From positions 208,630,001 to 208,694,000 of the forward strand of contig OX597815.1 in assembly GCA_951406725.2 (NCBI GenBank): 64,000 nucleotides of DNA, read 5' to 3'. The translations under genes were made by a program, and so were the position numbers. The stretch's first letter is position 1. Every line of letters begins with the position of its first letter. The notes beneath the pieces were generated by a model, which saw only the letters and a program-made list of their open reading frames with translations, made no database searches and had not been told where the DNA came from. Below are positions 1 through 12,938 of this stretch, one piece after another. This stretch comes from Octopus vulgaris (taxonomy: Eukaryota).

Positions 1-702
1 CCGAAGAATGGTCAGGCACCAAACCATTTGAAAGTGTTGGCTCAAAAATACTTTTACGGAACCTGTGTTACCAACTTTTACCATTAAATTTTAAGCAGTA
101 CAATCACCCAACACCCTGTTAGTTTGTATGCTGAATGAATGATAGCTATCAGCTTTGTTCCTACATGTTGTGAGGAAATTTATACACACCTAGGTATGTT
201 ATTTCTGATGAGTTTAACATCTCATCTGTAAATTTAATAATGAATAAACTGCAAAAAGGTTAAGAATATCCATTTATTTTGTTTGTCTTTGCTTGTTTAA
301 TTTGCATATAATTAATTACAAACATTTTCCTTTTCACTATCTCTTTTAAGTGTATCTGTTTTTTAGTTATGCAGGTGTAATTAACAATTAACAATTATAC
401 CTGCATAACTTTGCCAATGACTACTTGGGTTAAGAAATTAAAAAATAAATTTTTTAAAAACCCTCTTTTCTGCAATGCTGCCAATTTTGACTAAACCTGA
501 CCACAGGTAAACACACCATAAACATTTAACCTTCTATGTGCTGTTGCCGCGATTTGTCACCCACAAGTTTTCTCCTCTGTAGCTAGCTGCAAGTGCATTC
601 TGTCTCCTTGGGGAGGGGGCTTAAAATAAAACACATTCCTACCTTTATTTCCAGTACTTAAAGGTAATAAACAGGCTACTTTCGATTCGGAACGACACTT
701 TT

Positions 703-1031
703 ACTCTTTTACTTGTTTCAGTCATTTGACTGTGGCCATGCTGGAGCACTGCCTTTTAGTCAAGCAAATCAACCCCAGGACTTATTCTTTGTAAGCCTAG
801 TACTTATTCTATGAGTCTCTTTTGCCGGACCGCTAAGTTATGGGGACGTAAACACGCCAGCATCGGTCGTCAAGCAATGTTGGGGGGACAAACACAGACA
901 CACAAACATATACACACACATACATACATATATATATATATATATAAGCAATGAAAAATTGTAAAAATGCAGAATGCTCGATTGAAAGAAAATTTTAATG
1001 AATTGAGAAAATGAAAAAAAATATTTATTGA

Positions 1032-1069
<38 letters not shown>

Positions 1070-1233
1070 CGACAGGCTTCTTTCAGTTTCTGTCTACCAA
1101 ATCCACTCACAAGGCTTTGGTCGGCCCGAGGCTATAGTAGATGACACTTGCCCAAGGTACCACGCAGTAGGAATGAACCCAGAACCATGTGGTTGGTAAG
1201 CATGCTACTTACCACACAGCCACTCCTGTGCCT
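703..1233 (-). mobile_element. SINE family A (tRNA-derived, internal microsatellite), with an extra ~85 bp insert in its (TA)n tract
   Basis: Reverse complement of the family consensus: AGGCGCAGGAGTGGCTGTGTGGTAAG head (A box-like TGGCTGTGTGG, B box-like GGTTCA.TCC), CCTTGGGCAAGTG, (TA)n(TG)n, tail ...ACTGAAACAAGTAAAAGAG. Recurs more than 25 times in the window. Confidence 0.9.
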
Positions 1234-1572
1234 ATCCTACTATATCATTCTAAAAGTAATCACATCGTTAAAGCTACAAGATAATGCATGGTTTAATTCA
1301 AAGTACAGTAAAGTTCCATTTAATTTATGCACTTTTTTTCTGCAAAAACAAAAATAAACTTTAGGGGGTGCGTAAATTACATGAGTAGATCATTTCCAGA
1401 ATATTTATCATCATCATCATCATCATCTTCTTTCAGTTTCCGTCTACCAAATCCACTCACAAGGCTTTGGTCGGCCCTAGGCTATAGTAGAAGACACTTG
1501 CCCGAGGTGCCACACAGTGGGACTGAACCCGGAACCATGTGGTTGGTAAACAAGCTACTTATCACACAGCCA

Positions 1573-2563
1573 GTGCGAGCAGTGGCGTGCCTTAAGGTTC
1601 AGTGCTTGGGCCCTTATTGTTCTTAGTCTTCATAAATGACTTGCCCGACGACCTCACGCAACACACCCTTCTATTTGCCGACGATATCAAACTGGTCGCT
1701 CCTCGCGGTGATATAGAGGATCTTCGTCGATGCCTCCACCAAATTTGGAAGTGGTCTAACGAATGGGACCTGTGTCTGAACGTGTCAAAGTGCTGTCATC
1801 TGCCTGTTGGCTCTCCTCCTGCAACTCAACTTGATTTCGAGCCAGGTCGTCTGCTGCTGGAGAGGACCGATCAGGTAAAGGACCTGGGTATCTTGGTGGA
1901 TTCCTCCTTTTCACCTTCGGCCCAGTGTGTCCATGCTGCCAACAAAGCACGCGGAATTCTGTTCTTGATTCGACGGTCATTCGGAATGCTCACAGCAGCC
2001 ATATTCCTACCACTCTATGTCACGCTGGTGAGACCCATATTGGAGTACGGGATTCAATCCTCTTCTCCTTATCTCCTCAAAGACATACAGCATCTTGAAA
2101 GAGTCCAGAAGCTGGCTACCCGCATGGTTCATGGTCTCAAAAATTTGTCCTATGAAGAAAGGCTGAGGACGCTCGACCTTTATTCTCTTAAAAACGCCGC
2201 CGCCGTGGTGATCTCATTCTCGCCCACAACATCATAAGCGGAAAGTGTAACCTCTCGAAAGAGCTGTTCTTCACTCCTGCTCCAGAACGTCGGCTGCGGG
2301 GTCATTCCGAAAAGCTCTACCTGCGACGATTTCATCTCAATCGAAGGAGAGGAGCTTTCTCCGTCCGGGTTGCGGATCCGTGGAACAAGCTGCCAGACGA
2401 GATGGTGAAGATGCCGACGACCGCTTTGTTCAAAGCCTCCCTGGACCTCAAGTGGCCTGAACTCTTTACATGAACACCACCCTGTACTTAACTCCATGTC
2501 CCCCTACATGGCCTTGCTATTTGCTTTTGAGCCAAATTAACTAACTAACTCACTAACTAACTA
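1573..2563 (+). mobile_element. 5'-truncated CR1-clade non-LTR retrotransposon (LINE)
   Basis: RT motifs SGVP*GSVLGPLLFLVFINDLP and LLFADD, then KDLGI, LVRPILEY, LERVQKLATR. After a frameshift near 2190: RRRRGDLI, RLRGHSEKL, FSVRVADPWNKLP, stop at 2471-2473. Short 3' UTR ending in (CTAA)n. Confidence 0.93.
1575..2473 (+). pseudogene. Reverse transcriptase (CR1 ORF2 C-terminal half), disrupted
   Basis: Track ORF 1602..2237 plus continuation in another frame. Nonsense TAA in the PQG motif and a 1-nt deletion in an A run near 2190. Confidence 0.9.
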
Positions 2564-2609
2564 AGCCACTCCTGCGCCTATTGTTAGAATTAATCATAAC
2601 CTATCTGGT

Positions 2610-2724
2610 ACTTTCAAGATTTTGGTGATGTGATTGTTTATTTTTTGAATGGTGTGAGAGGCCAGGTCTGAACATAAAACAGGTAGAATATTTGACCAAA
2701 TGTGGTCAGTTTAAATGCTAAAGG
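2610..2724. mobile_element. Partial piggyBac-like MITE family B
   Basis: Ends ...TTTAAATGCTAAAGGG|TTAA, matching complete copies at 20992-21211 and 53001-53217. Confidence 0.6.
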
Positions 2725-3424
2725 GTTAAAGAAATATTGCAGTTTCTCGGTATGAAACCATCATAGGTGGATGTCATGTTTATTTTAAAAGTGAAAGCGT
2801 TAGGTTAAAAGGGAAGCCGTTAGGTGAAGCGTGAAATTAGTCTAACACACCTTTTCCCTTTGTTTACATTTTGCTTGGAGATAAGTTTCTGCCATTATTA
2901 TGTGGAACATTTGAATTGGAATAACCAATAACAAACAGTCAATGGATTTTGAGTCAGACAGGATGAATGATTGGGTTTGGGTTCTTACCAAAATTTTTGG
3001 AAGAGAAATATTTCATGAGTTTCCATTTCATTCTCTTTCTTGAAAAAATTGCTTTTACTACCATATTGCTGTCTGACTTGTTTACATTATTGGAAATCAA
3101 AGCATTCGGTTTAAGCCTCACTACATATTTATACCTGTCTCATAATTTTTATCTGCTGCATTTGAAAATCAGTCGAATTCAAAATGATTTCTCAATATTT
3201 TCAAATCTGAAGGGTTTTTTTTTTAAATTTATTATTTAATATAGATTTAAAAAATAGTAGAATTTTATTCAAAATAAGAAAAAGAAAGGAAAAATTATCC
3301 AAAATATTATGAGAATTCAAAATTCCACATTAGATGGAGTCACAATTTTCTATTAAATTCACTCAGTTTATGATATCAGTTTGATATAAATATAGAATGG
3401 TAAATATAAGGAGTTTTAGATGCT

Positions 3425-3792
3425 TTGTGTGGTAAGTAGCTTGCTAACCAGCCACATGGTTCCGGGTTCAGTCCCACTGCGTGGCATCTTGGGCAAGTGT
3501 CTTCTGCTATAGCCCCAGGTCGACCAATGCCTTGTGAGTGGATTTGGTAGATGGAAACTGAAAGAAGCCTGTCGTATATATGTATATATATGTGTGTGTT
3601 TGTGTTTGTACCCCTAGCATTGCTTGACAACAATGCTGGTGTGTTTACGTCCCCGTTACTTAGCGGTTTGGCAAAAGAGAGCGATATAATAAGTACTGGG
3701 CTTACAAAAAATAAGTCCCGGGGTCGATTTGCTCGACTAAAGGCGGTGCTCCAGCATGGCCGCAGTGAAATGACTGAAACGAGTAAAAGAGT
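3425..3792 (+). mobile_element. SINE family A
   Basis: Matches consensus from TGTGTGGTAAGTAGC to GAGTAAAAGAGT. Confidence 0.9.
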
Positions 3793-6512
3793 ATATGAAT
3801 CACAAGATGTTCTGGGTGATTTGGTAAAAGTTTTTTTCATTCTCTTTTTTTTTTTTTTGGAACATGATTCTGTCTGAATTTACACTAAAGTTCTTCACTC
3901 TCTCTTCAATGCCATTTGGTTCCGAGTTCAAACCTTATTTATATATAAATGCATTCATGCTTGCATATAGACACACACACACACACACACACATATAATA
4001 TGAGGGAATATTATTCACAACTTACAGGGAAAAATTCAATTCAGAAATACATATTATTTTGCACATTACTTAATCATTGTTATATGTTTTATCTTATATT
4101 TAATCTTTCTATAAAATGTAATTTTTCTAAATGGTGTAATTTAATTTTTCATTATTGAATTGATAAAAGATGGGTTTTTTCTAGTTTATATATATATATA
4201 TACATGTGTGCATTCTTACATATAAACATGTATATGATAGCTTCCATACAGTTTCTGCATACCAGATTTCACACACAAGGCATTGGTCAGCTCAAGACTT
4301 ATAGTAAAAGACACTTACCCTCAGTGCCATGCTCTGGGATAGAACCTGAAATCATATAATTTGCAAAATGAATGTCTTAATCACGCAGCCACTGTATAGT
4401 ATTGCCTGTATTCATGAATACAGTCTAAAACTGGTATTATGACTGGGTCCCTATATGTCTTGCAACCTAGTGGTTTGACAAACAGATGGATGCAAATGCT
4501 GGGGTTAATGTGCTCATCTAAAATCCTTGAAAGCAGTGCTCTAGCATGGCTGCAGTCCAATAATTGAAACAAGATTCCAATCAATAAAAGAAGTAACAGA
4601 ATTCTTCGGAAAGAAGTTTGCATCTAGTTTTTAAAACCTTATCTATTCCGCCTTAGGCAATTTGCTTCACCATTTTCTTCTTTTCCTTTTACTTTTTTTG
4701 GTTAAATTTGTCTACTTTCAGTTTTTGAGGGATATTAATCTGTTAATCTGGGTTTTTTTTTTCTTTTTTTTACGTTGTTGCTGCATTTTACTGTTGAATA
4801 TACCTGATTGGATTTGGATTTTACGAAAAAAAAAAAAAAAATTACTAAACGAGCAAAACAATTAAGTGCTACAATTGCTTAAAGTTAGAAAAGGGCTACA
4901 CAACCCATCCTCCTTGTATTTCCACTTTATACAAACTTTCTGGTAATTTAAAATGTAGTAGAACTGTTTCGGGTTTGTTCTCTATGCAGATGCGCAAGAA
5001 CTAGGCTACTTTGCTAAAAGTTGGTATCCTCCTTCGATCAAACCTAGCCCTTCTGTCTTAACCAACCTTTTAGACCCTGAAACATTGACTAACTCTTCTC
5101 CTTCCTTTAGGAAACAAACCCTTCACTTACTCTGTCTTTCTGTGTATCTGTATGCCTTTTGTCTGTCTGTCTGTCTCTCTGCCTCTCTATCTCTCTCTCT
5201 TTCCATGTCTCAAACCAGTGAAATGCTCACAAGTAAAATGATAGATTTCTTGCTTCCCATTTCTCTCTCTCTCTCTCTCTTTTTTGTTCTATTGACATAA
5301 AATCGGTGAATACAAAAAAAAAAAAGGAATGTTCTTCCATGATTTTCTTTCCTTCATAATATTACATTTCATTTTCTTTCTCTCTCTCTCTCTCACACAC
5401 AAACACTTACCCAAACACCCACACATATCTATAGTACTTTAAATATGTTTTTAGATTTAACAAATTCCTGATGGGTGAAGGTGAGGGTTGAAGCTGTAAT
5501 GATTCTAAACATATTACTTTAAATGGAATAAATGTAACCAAAGTGTCAGTTCCACTCATTTATGTGTAATCATCATCTTTCTCAGAAAAATGTGAGTGTT
5601 TCTTGCCTGATGGAGAGTCAAGAAGAGCTTTTTGGAAAATATTTTGGCTTCAAGGTGTTCTTAGGAAAACATATGAACACACACATATATATCTGCATTA
5701 TATGTGTATATATTTGAAAATAAAAATATATATCTTGGTAGCCTGGAGAAGTAGATTTCTCTAGCTTGTAATCTGTCATTTTGGTCTAATAAGGTTTCTT
5801 GGAGATAGTTCTGAATAAATTTGTATACATATACACAAAGAAAAATAGGAAATCCATGTGATTATCACCATTCTCTGTTGAATATGTGTGCATATAGATA
5901 TATGTATTGTGTGTGTGTATATATACATGTGTGTGTGTGTGTATACATGTGTGTGTGTGTGTGTGCATACACAAACCTCCATATACAAAGCAGAACCATT
6001 TTCACCTGAAAAATATAATAAGAAATTGTTATTTCAGTGCTGAGAAAAAATTTAAGACATATTTGAGAATATACTGAGATATTTCATTTACACACACACA
6101 CACACACACACAAACACACACATGTATGTGTGTGTGTATACATACAAATACATCTGTTTGTTTATCTATCTATCTATGCACATACACACGCATGCACGCA
6201 CCCACGCGTGCACACACACACACACACACACATTTAGTTGAAAATATTCCCTGGAGGAGCTCCAAACATTTAGTGCTCAATAGGAATTTATCACCACATT
6301 TTAAAAAGTAATGGAATTCATGCAGCTGAAATACAAATTCTTAATGACAGCACTATGATTTGCAATTCACGTCTCTACCTACATGAAACCTGTATAAACC
6401 TCTCTACAAGATGCTTGCCTCTTAAATAGGAAGTAAGTTATTCAAATAAAATTATTCTTTTTCACTTGGTATTTTTTTTCTCTTTCTGGTAGCATATTTA
6501 TATTAAGTATCC

Positions 6513-6565
<53 letters not shown>

Positions 6566-6877
6566 AATATATATATAATCCTGTATGTTTGTGAAGATAA
6601 TTTATAGCAAAGCAGTCATCTTAAGCCTATAAAAAAATTATTTCTGCCACTGGCCAGATTTGAATTGATTTATATATATCAAAATATGTGAAGTATATTT
6701 TCTACTCAGAGTTAGTGTTGATCAGTTATAAGCATCTTGTGGCTTTCTGGATTTACTGGTTGGAATACCTAAAAAAAAAAAAGAGATAAAAAATGATCTC
6801 GAATTTTTTTAGTAGTATGGCCCATGACCAGCCTGCTTCTCAAAGAAGATTGCCCCCACCTGATACTCTCTTTATTC

Positions 6878-7453
6878 TTTACTCTTTTACTTGCTTCAGT
6901 CATTTGACTGTGGCCATGCTGGAGCACCGCCTTCAGTCGAGCAAATTGACTCCAGGACTTATTCTTTGTAAGCCTAGCACATATTCTATCGGTCTCTTTT
7001 GCCGAACCGCTAAGTTACGGGGACGTAAACACACCAGCATCAGTCGTCAAGCGATGTCGGGGAACAAACACAGACGCACAAACATATACAAAGACATATG
7101 CTCCTACACGCATTTTTTTCTCTCCTTGTTTTTTTCTGTGTATCTTTCTGTCGAAGAGCATAGGCTCGAAGCGTAAAAGACTTGTTCTATTTCTATTCCT
7201 GAGTGCCATACTAATACTTTGTTTATTTGTACTCCACCTGCCTTCGTCTTTTGTTTATTTTCGTAAAATTTCCTGTTATATACATATATATGATAGGCTT
7301 CTTTCAGTTTCCGTCTACCAAATTCATTCACAAGGCTTTGGTCGGCCTGAGGCTATAGTAGCAGACACTTGTCCAGGTGCCACGCAGTGGGACTGAACCC
7401 GAAACCATGTTGTTGGTACGAAAGCTACTTATCACACAGCCACTCTTACGCCT
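6878..7453 (-). mobile_element. SINE family A carrying a hammerhead-type repeat insert (about 7102-7277) in its microsatellite
   Basis: SINE tail 6878-7090, head 7290-7453. The intervening segment matches repeats at 10188-10363 and 30088-30267. Confidence 0.85.
7143..7180 (+). ncRNA. Degenerate minimal type I hammerhead-like motif (repeat family H1)
   Basis: TCTTT CTGTCGA A GAGC atag GCTC GAAG CG TA AAAGA: stem I TCTTT/AAAGA, stem II GAGC/GCTC, GUA triplet. Core deviates from CUGANGA/GAAA. Confidence 0.55.
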
Positions 7454-7657
7454 ATATGTAATTTATTTTAAGGGTTACGCAAGGGTAAAAAGTAAGAGTT
7501 TTACCAAAAAAACAAAACAAAAGGAATTCTAGTGCTTCTGCCATACACAGACCACATGGTTTTCATCACTTGTATTTCAGCTCAGTCAGAATAACAACAG
7601 CAATGAACAAGAACAATGTCAACAACAGACGATGATGATGATGATGGGAAATTTCTA

Positions 7658-7812
7658 GGAATGGCTGTGTGGTAAATAGCTTGCTTACGAACCACATGGT
7701 TCTGGGTTCAGTCCCACTGCGTGGCACCTTGGGCAAGTGTCTTCTTCTATAGCCTCAGGCCAACCAAAGCCTTGTGAGTGGATCTGGTAGACGGAAACTG
7801 AAAGAAGCCCAC

Positions 7813-7813
<1 letters not shown>
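7658..7813 (+). mobile_element. SINE family A head (stops at microsatellite)
   Basis: tRNA-like head plus CCTTGGGCAAGTG module followed by (TA)n. Confidence 0.85.
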
Positions 7814-7855
<42 letters not shown>

Positions 7856-7875
7856 ATACACACACACACATGTAT

Positions 7876-8020
7876 ATCATCATCATCATCATCATTTAGC
7901 ATCTGCTTTCCATGCTGGTATGGGTTAGACGGTTTGACTGAAACTGGCATGCTGGAGAGCTACACCAAGTTCCTGTCTGATTTGGCATCGTTTCTACAGC
8001 TGGATGCTTTTCGTAATGCC
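7876..8020 (-). mobile_element. Family C retroelement 3' fragment
   Basis: (CAT)n followed by TTTAGCATCTGCTTTCCATGCTGG...CAGCTGGATGC, the reverse complement of the (GAT)n-tailed family. Confidence 0.7.
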
Positions 8021-8082
8021 AAATAAATAAATAGATAAATAAATACACACACACACACACACACATTTGTTTCCAGTTTTCT

Positions 8083-8313
8083 TATTTCTTTATTGCCCAC
8101 AAGGGGCTAAACACAGAGAGGACAAACAAGGACAGACAAATGGATTAAGTCGACTATATCGACCCCAGTGCGTAACTGGTACTTATTTAATTGACCCCGA
8201 AAGGATGAAAGGCAAAGTCGACCTCGGCGGAATTTGAACTCAGAATGTAGCGGCGTACGAAATACTGCTAAGTATTTCGCCTGGCGTGCTAACGATTCTG
8301 CCAGCTCGCCGCC
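8083..8313 (-). mobile_element. SINE family B monomer with 16-bp TSD
   Basis: Head GGCGGCGAGCTGGCAGAA, B box GAGTTCAAATTCC, core GCCTTTCATCCTTTCGGGGTC. Flanked by TTGTTTCCAGTTTTCT at 8067-8082 and 8314-8329. Confidence 0.92.
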
Positions 8314-8988
8314 TTGTTTCCAGTTTTCTGTTGAAAATATGCCTGGGTTACAGGAAAATATTATTCTGTTTGTAAATAGGTATGGGTTAGTGACAGGAGA
8401 GGCATGTAGCTATTGAAAATCTGCCACAACAAATTCTATGCAAGTATGGAAAAGTGGGCATTCGATAACGATGATGGTGCTTCTGCACTAACAACCAGTG
8501 CTTGATCCTTACAGACAACCTTACTTTCTTATTAACATAGATACATCCTTCTCTAATAGCTTTACATAAATTCATCTCCATAAAATTTGAATAGATATTA
8601 ATGTCATTTAACTTACTCTACCTGGTAGCTACAAATACATTAGAGATTATGATAGTATCTGTAATGTTGTATTGAATTTATATATAGTCGCTCTGTTATG
8701 TAATATGACACAAGACGACAATTTTATCTTTGTTATTGTATATTAACTATCCATAGCCTTACCACCAGGTAATAAGATTATTTGCAATATTCATTGCTTT
8801 GTTCTTCAATCTTTTCTGTTAAGTGCATTGTATCTAGGGTCTCTATGATATTTAGATATTTGGGCACTTCTTCAGAAATGCACCTCTCCAATTAAACTGA
8901 ATGCAATGAAGAAAAAAAGTTATGGAAATGGAAGATGTATACAAAATAAATGATGTGTGCAAAAAATTAGAAAGATCCATTCATATAT

Positions 8989-9160
8989 AGGTGCAGGAGT
9001 GGCTGTGTGGTAAGTAGCTTGCTAACCGACCACATGGTTCCGGGTTCAGTCCCATTGCGTGGCATCTTGGGCAAGTGTCTTCTGCTATAGCCTCGGGCCG
9101 ACCAATGCCTTGTGAGTGGATTTGGTAGACGGAAACTGAAAGAAGCCTGTCGTATATATG

Positions 9161-9207
<47 letters not shown>

Positions 9208-9432
9208 GTGTGTGTGTATATGTTTGTGTGTCTGTGTTTGTCCCTCTAGCATTGCTTGACAACCGATGCTGGTGTGTTTACATCCCTGTCACTTAGTGGT
9301 TTGGCAAAAGAGACTGATAGAATAAGTACTGGGCTTACAAAGAATAAGTCCCGGGGTCGATTTGCTCGACTAAAGGCGGTGCTCCAGCATGGCTGCAGTC
9401 AAATGACTGAAACAAGTAAAAGAGTAAAGAGT
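8989..9432 (+). mobile_element. SINE family A, full length
   Basis: Complete head, microsatellite and AGTAAAAG tail. Confidence 0.92.
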
Positions 9433-9633
9433 ATACCAGGTACATTCACAAGGCTTTGGTCAATCAGGGGCTAGAAGACACTTGCCCAAGGTACCATGCA
9501 GTGCAATTGAACCTGAAACCACATGTTGAAAGTGAACTTCTGAACCACACAGCCATGCCTGTACTTTACAATTATTCTTTATTTTAAATGGGCTCATTTT
9601 GTATATTTCTTCCTCTAGAAATTACATTAGCAA

Positions 9634-9790
9634 ACGGAGTGGTTGGTGTTAGGAAGGGCACCCAGCTGTAGAAACTCTGCCAGATCAAGATTGGAGCCTG
9701 GTGCAGCCATCTGGTTCGCCAGTCCTCAGTCGAATCGTCCAACCCATGCTAGCATGGAAAGCAGACATTAAACGATGATGATGATGATGA
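9634..9790 (+). mobile_element. Family C retroelement 3' fragment
   Basis: GGAGTGGTTGGTGTTAGGAAGGGCACCCAGCTGTAG ... AAACGATGATGATGATGA. Confidence 0.8.
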
Positions 9791-10187
9791 AGGCTGTCCA
9801 TTTTAATAATGTATTCTTCATATTGATAAATACCTCTTGAATTTAATCTAAACACCTGGAGATAATACTAGTTGGTCCTGCTTTCTGCTTCTTTGAGCAT
9901 CATCAGTTGCAAGTCTTTACTAATTAACCCCATGTTAAGACAAATTTAGCCCCTATTGATTTAGGTAAAATAGTGATTAACAAATCCCTGGTGTTGCATA
10001 TATCTGATGGGCTGGGTAAAAATTTGTTATGAGCAATAGAAGCAGTACTAGCTTAAAATAACATTCTGTATTTCTTACTCAATGTGAATACATTTATCGT
10101 ATATTTTTAACTGTTCTGGGATTCTGTGCTACAATGAAAATATCTCCTAATGTAATAATGAGCATAGTGTTTATATATATATATATA

Positions 10188-10361
10188 CGAAGGCAGGTGG
10201 AATATAAACAAACAATTGTATTAGTATGGTGCTCAGGAATATAAATAAAACAAGTCTTTTACGTTTCGAGCCTACACTCTTGAACAGAAAGATACACAGA
10301 AAAGAAACACGGAGAGAAACAAGGAGAGAAAAAAAATGCGTGCAGAAGTTAGCGAATCAAC

Positions 10362-10363
<2 letters not shown>
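10188..10363 (-). mobile_element. Hammerhead-type repeat H1 (Penelope-like terminal fragment) between (TA)n tracts
   Basis: Minus strand 10255-10292 reads TCTTT CTGTTCA A GAGT gtag GCTC GAAA CG TA AAAGA. Homologous to 7102-7277. Confidence 0.65.
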
Positions 10364-10417
<54 letters not shown>

Positions 10418-10435
10418 GGAGTATATATATATATA

Positions 10436-10786
10436 CCGGAGTAAGCACATAAATGTGAAACAAGATGAAAAAAAAGAGTACTCAACTACCAGAGGTAGAG
10501 TAATATGCTTTATTTAAAAGCAGCAGAAATATAAATGCTGTTACTCAGAGTTTCATGTTCCTGTTCATCGGACAGTTTTGTTAAAATTTTAACAAAACTG
10601 TCTGACGAATGAGAACGTGAAACTCTAAGTAACAGCTTTTGTTATATTTCTGCTGCTTTTAAATAAAGCATATTACTCTACCTCTGGTATTTGAGTACTC
10701 TTTTTCCCACCAAAACTGTCCGACGAATGGAAACGTGAAACTCTAAGTACCAGCTTTTGTTATATTTCTGCTGCTTTTAAGTAAAG
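10436..10786. mobile_element. Hammerhead-type repeat H2: inverted pair plus partial tandem copy, between (TA)n tracts
   Basis: About 118-bp arms inverted around 10586/10587, third direct copy 10711-10786. Homologous to 31339-31541. Confidence 0.8.
10591..10643 (+). ncRNA. Type I hammerhead ribozyme motif (H2)
   Basis: AACAAAACTGT CTGACGA ATG agaa CGT GAAA CTC t AAG TA ACAGCTTTTGTT. Sister motifs at 10538-10582 (minus) and 10711-10761 (plus). Confidence 0.7.
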
Positions 10787-11047
10787 TATATATATATTTA
10801 TATATATTTGTCCAGAATCATGCTGCACATAGAGGAGGGGAGAAAATAGTAATTTGGTGAAGGAGAAGTAGTGAGAGTAATAGCCCCTGACTGAGAGGGA
10901 GTGAGAGAAAGTAATAGCAATGAGAGAAAGGAAGGGGTGATAGATGAATAAGGAAGGAAGGGGTGAAAAAAAAATCAGTGTTTCAACTCTGTGTGAGTGT
11001 GTACAAGGGAAGTGTGTGTATGTTTGTAAGTGTGATTATTATGTACC

Positions 11048-11245
11048 AATGTCATAATTCAAAACTAACGCAGCGAAAATTTTGAAAAGTTCCCCCAGTT
11101 CTGAAAAAAATCGATAAATTCGACATGAGGTCGAAAATCAGAAACACGAACCACAGACTGTCTAGGGGACGCAACTCCACCTTTTTTTACTCTCAAAAAA
11201 TTTACCATCATTTTTTTCCATTTTTTGGCTATAACTCTCTAAAAA
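11048..11245 (+). mobile_element. Fragment of Helitron/DINE-like non-autonomous element
   Basis: Near-identical reverse complement of 58796-59003. Confidence 0.65.
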
Positions 11246-11533
11246 TTTTGTACCTTATCTATATATATATATATAAAACACTACAAGTAGCTGTCATTAT
11301 TGATGGAACGTGGTCCGCTAGTAGTCTTATAAGTTATTAACTAAATTTTTGGAGATAATGGTTTGACTTAGGTGCCTAACTTCTAAATTTATAATGTGTT
11401 TGTTGTTGTTGTTGCGTAGTCTTGATAGAAATAACGAATATTTACTGATTAACTAAATATTAGTGATATTATTAGTTAGATTTCTGTCATTAACCTTCAC
11501 AGAATTTATTGACATACAAACATAACAATACTT

Positions 11534-11534
<1 letters not shown>

Positions 11535-11630
<96 letters not shown>

Positions 11631-11663
11631 GTATGTATATATATATATGTATGTATATATATG

Positions 11664-11712
<49 letters not shown>

Positions 11713-11795
11713 GTATATATATATGTATGTATATATGTATGTATATATATATGTATATATATATATATGTATGTATATATATGTATATATGTATG

Positions 11796-11826
<31 letters not shown>

Positions 11827-11988
11827 ATATATATATGTATATATATATGTATATATATATATATATATATATAGTCCAACCCATGCTAGCATGGAAAATG
11901 GACGCTAAACGATGATGATTATGATGATGATATGTATATATATATGTATATATATATACGTATATATATATATGTATATATATATACG

Positions 11989-12019
<31 letters not shown>

Positions 12020-12212
12020 GTGTATATATATATGTGTATATATATATATGTATATATATATGTGTATATATATATGTGTATATATATATGTATATATATA
12101 TGTGTATATATATATGTATATATATATGTGTATATATATATGTATATATATATATGTATATATATATGTATATATATATATGTATATATATATATGTATG
12201 TATATATGTATG

Positions 12213-12259
<47 letters not shown>

Positions 12260-12279
12260 GTGTGTATATATATACATAT
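11535..12279. repeat. Long compound (TA)n/(TATG)n microsatellite with a family C tail fragment at 11874-11931
   Basis: Directly visible. Source of the many spurious YI-rich ORFs. Confidence 0.97.
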
Positions 12280-12938
12280 AATGATTCTTCTTCCACAGTC
12301 TGATTGCAAATTAGTGAGATAGTGGCTGAATTAATCTAAACTAACTGAGCCAATCACCTGAATCATATTTCTTTGGTCACCAAATCCCATAAATAATTTT
12401 CCTCCTGTTTGATTTGCACATTTAGACTCTTTAAGAGATTCGTTTTTGAGTATATTATTCAGTTATTGATTTTTGATTCCGATATAGTCAAGTTTTATAG
12501 GGCATTAAACTCTTGATACACTGTTTTTACATTTCCTGGCAGTGTTCCTCCAAATTTTTTTCTCTCTGTCGAGTATGTTGAATTTCCATTAACTGTTATA
12601 ATACCAAAGTACGTTGATATGGTTGGTTGTCTTTCATAAGAGATGTTTAGTTTTTCTTCTAAGGAATTTTTTTTTTCTTTCTAATCAATGATTAATTGAT
12701 AAATTAATTAAAAAAACCAACAAAAAACCAAAGAAGCTGTAGCTATCTGTATCAAGAGTTAAAACAAACTAGTTTAATTTATTTGTTATATTGATCTTAC
12801 GTAATGAATCTAGTCTTTGTATAATTATTCAAATTTATTTATTAGTTTAATTTCATTAGTTATCAACTGCTAGGTCACTATCTAGTATTATGCCAGCTAT
12901 GAGCTAGAATTCTCTCTTAATGCTGAAAGCATCCTAGT

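Larger units (their letters stand above)
1428..2579 (-). mobile_element. SINE family A 5' part, interrupted by a CR1 LINE
   Basis: SINE runs 1428-1572 (...CACACAGCCA) and resumes at about 2563-2579 (AGCCACTCCTGCGCCT). Confidence 0.85.

Noticed and set aside
4990-5130. Acceptor TTGTTCTCTATGCAG followed by an open frame
   Set aside because: No convincing donor before the frame runs into CT microsatellite.
8989-9065. tRNA genes at SINE heads
   Set aside because: A and B boxes are present, but each head continues into a SINE body and no full cloverleaf is evident.
11453-12322. Long Y/I/H/T-rich ORFs (also 27801-28611 and 57243-57669)
   Set aside because: Stop-free translations of TA/TG microsatellite.
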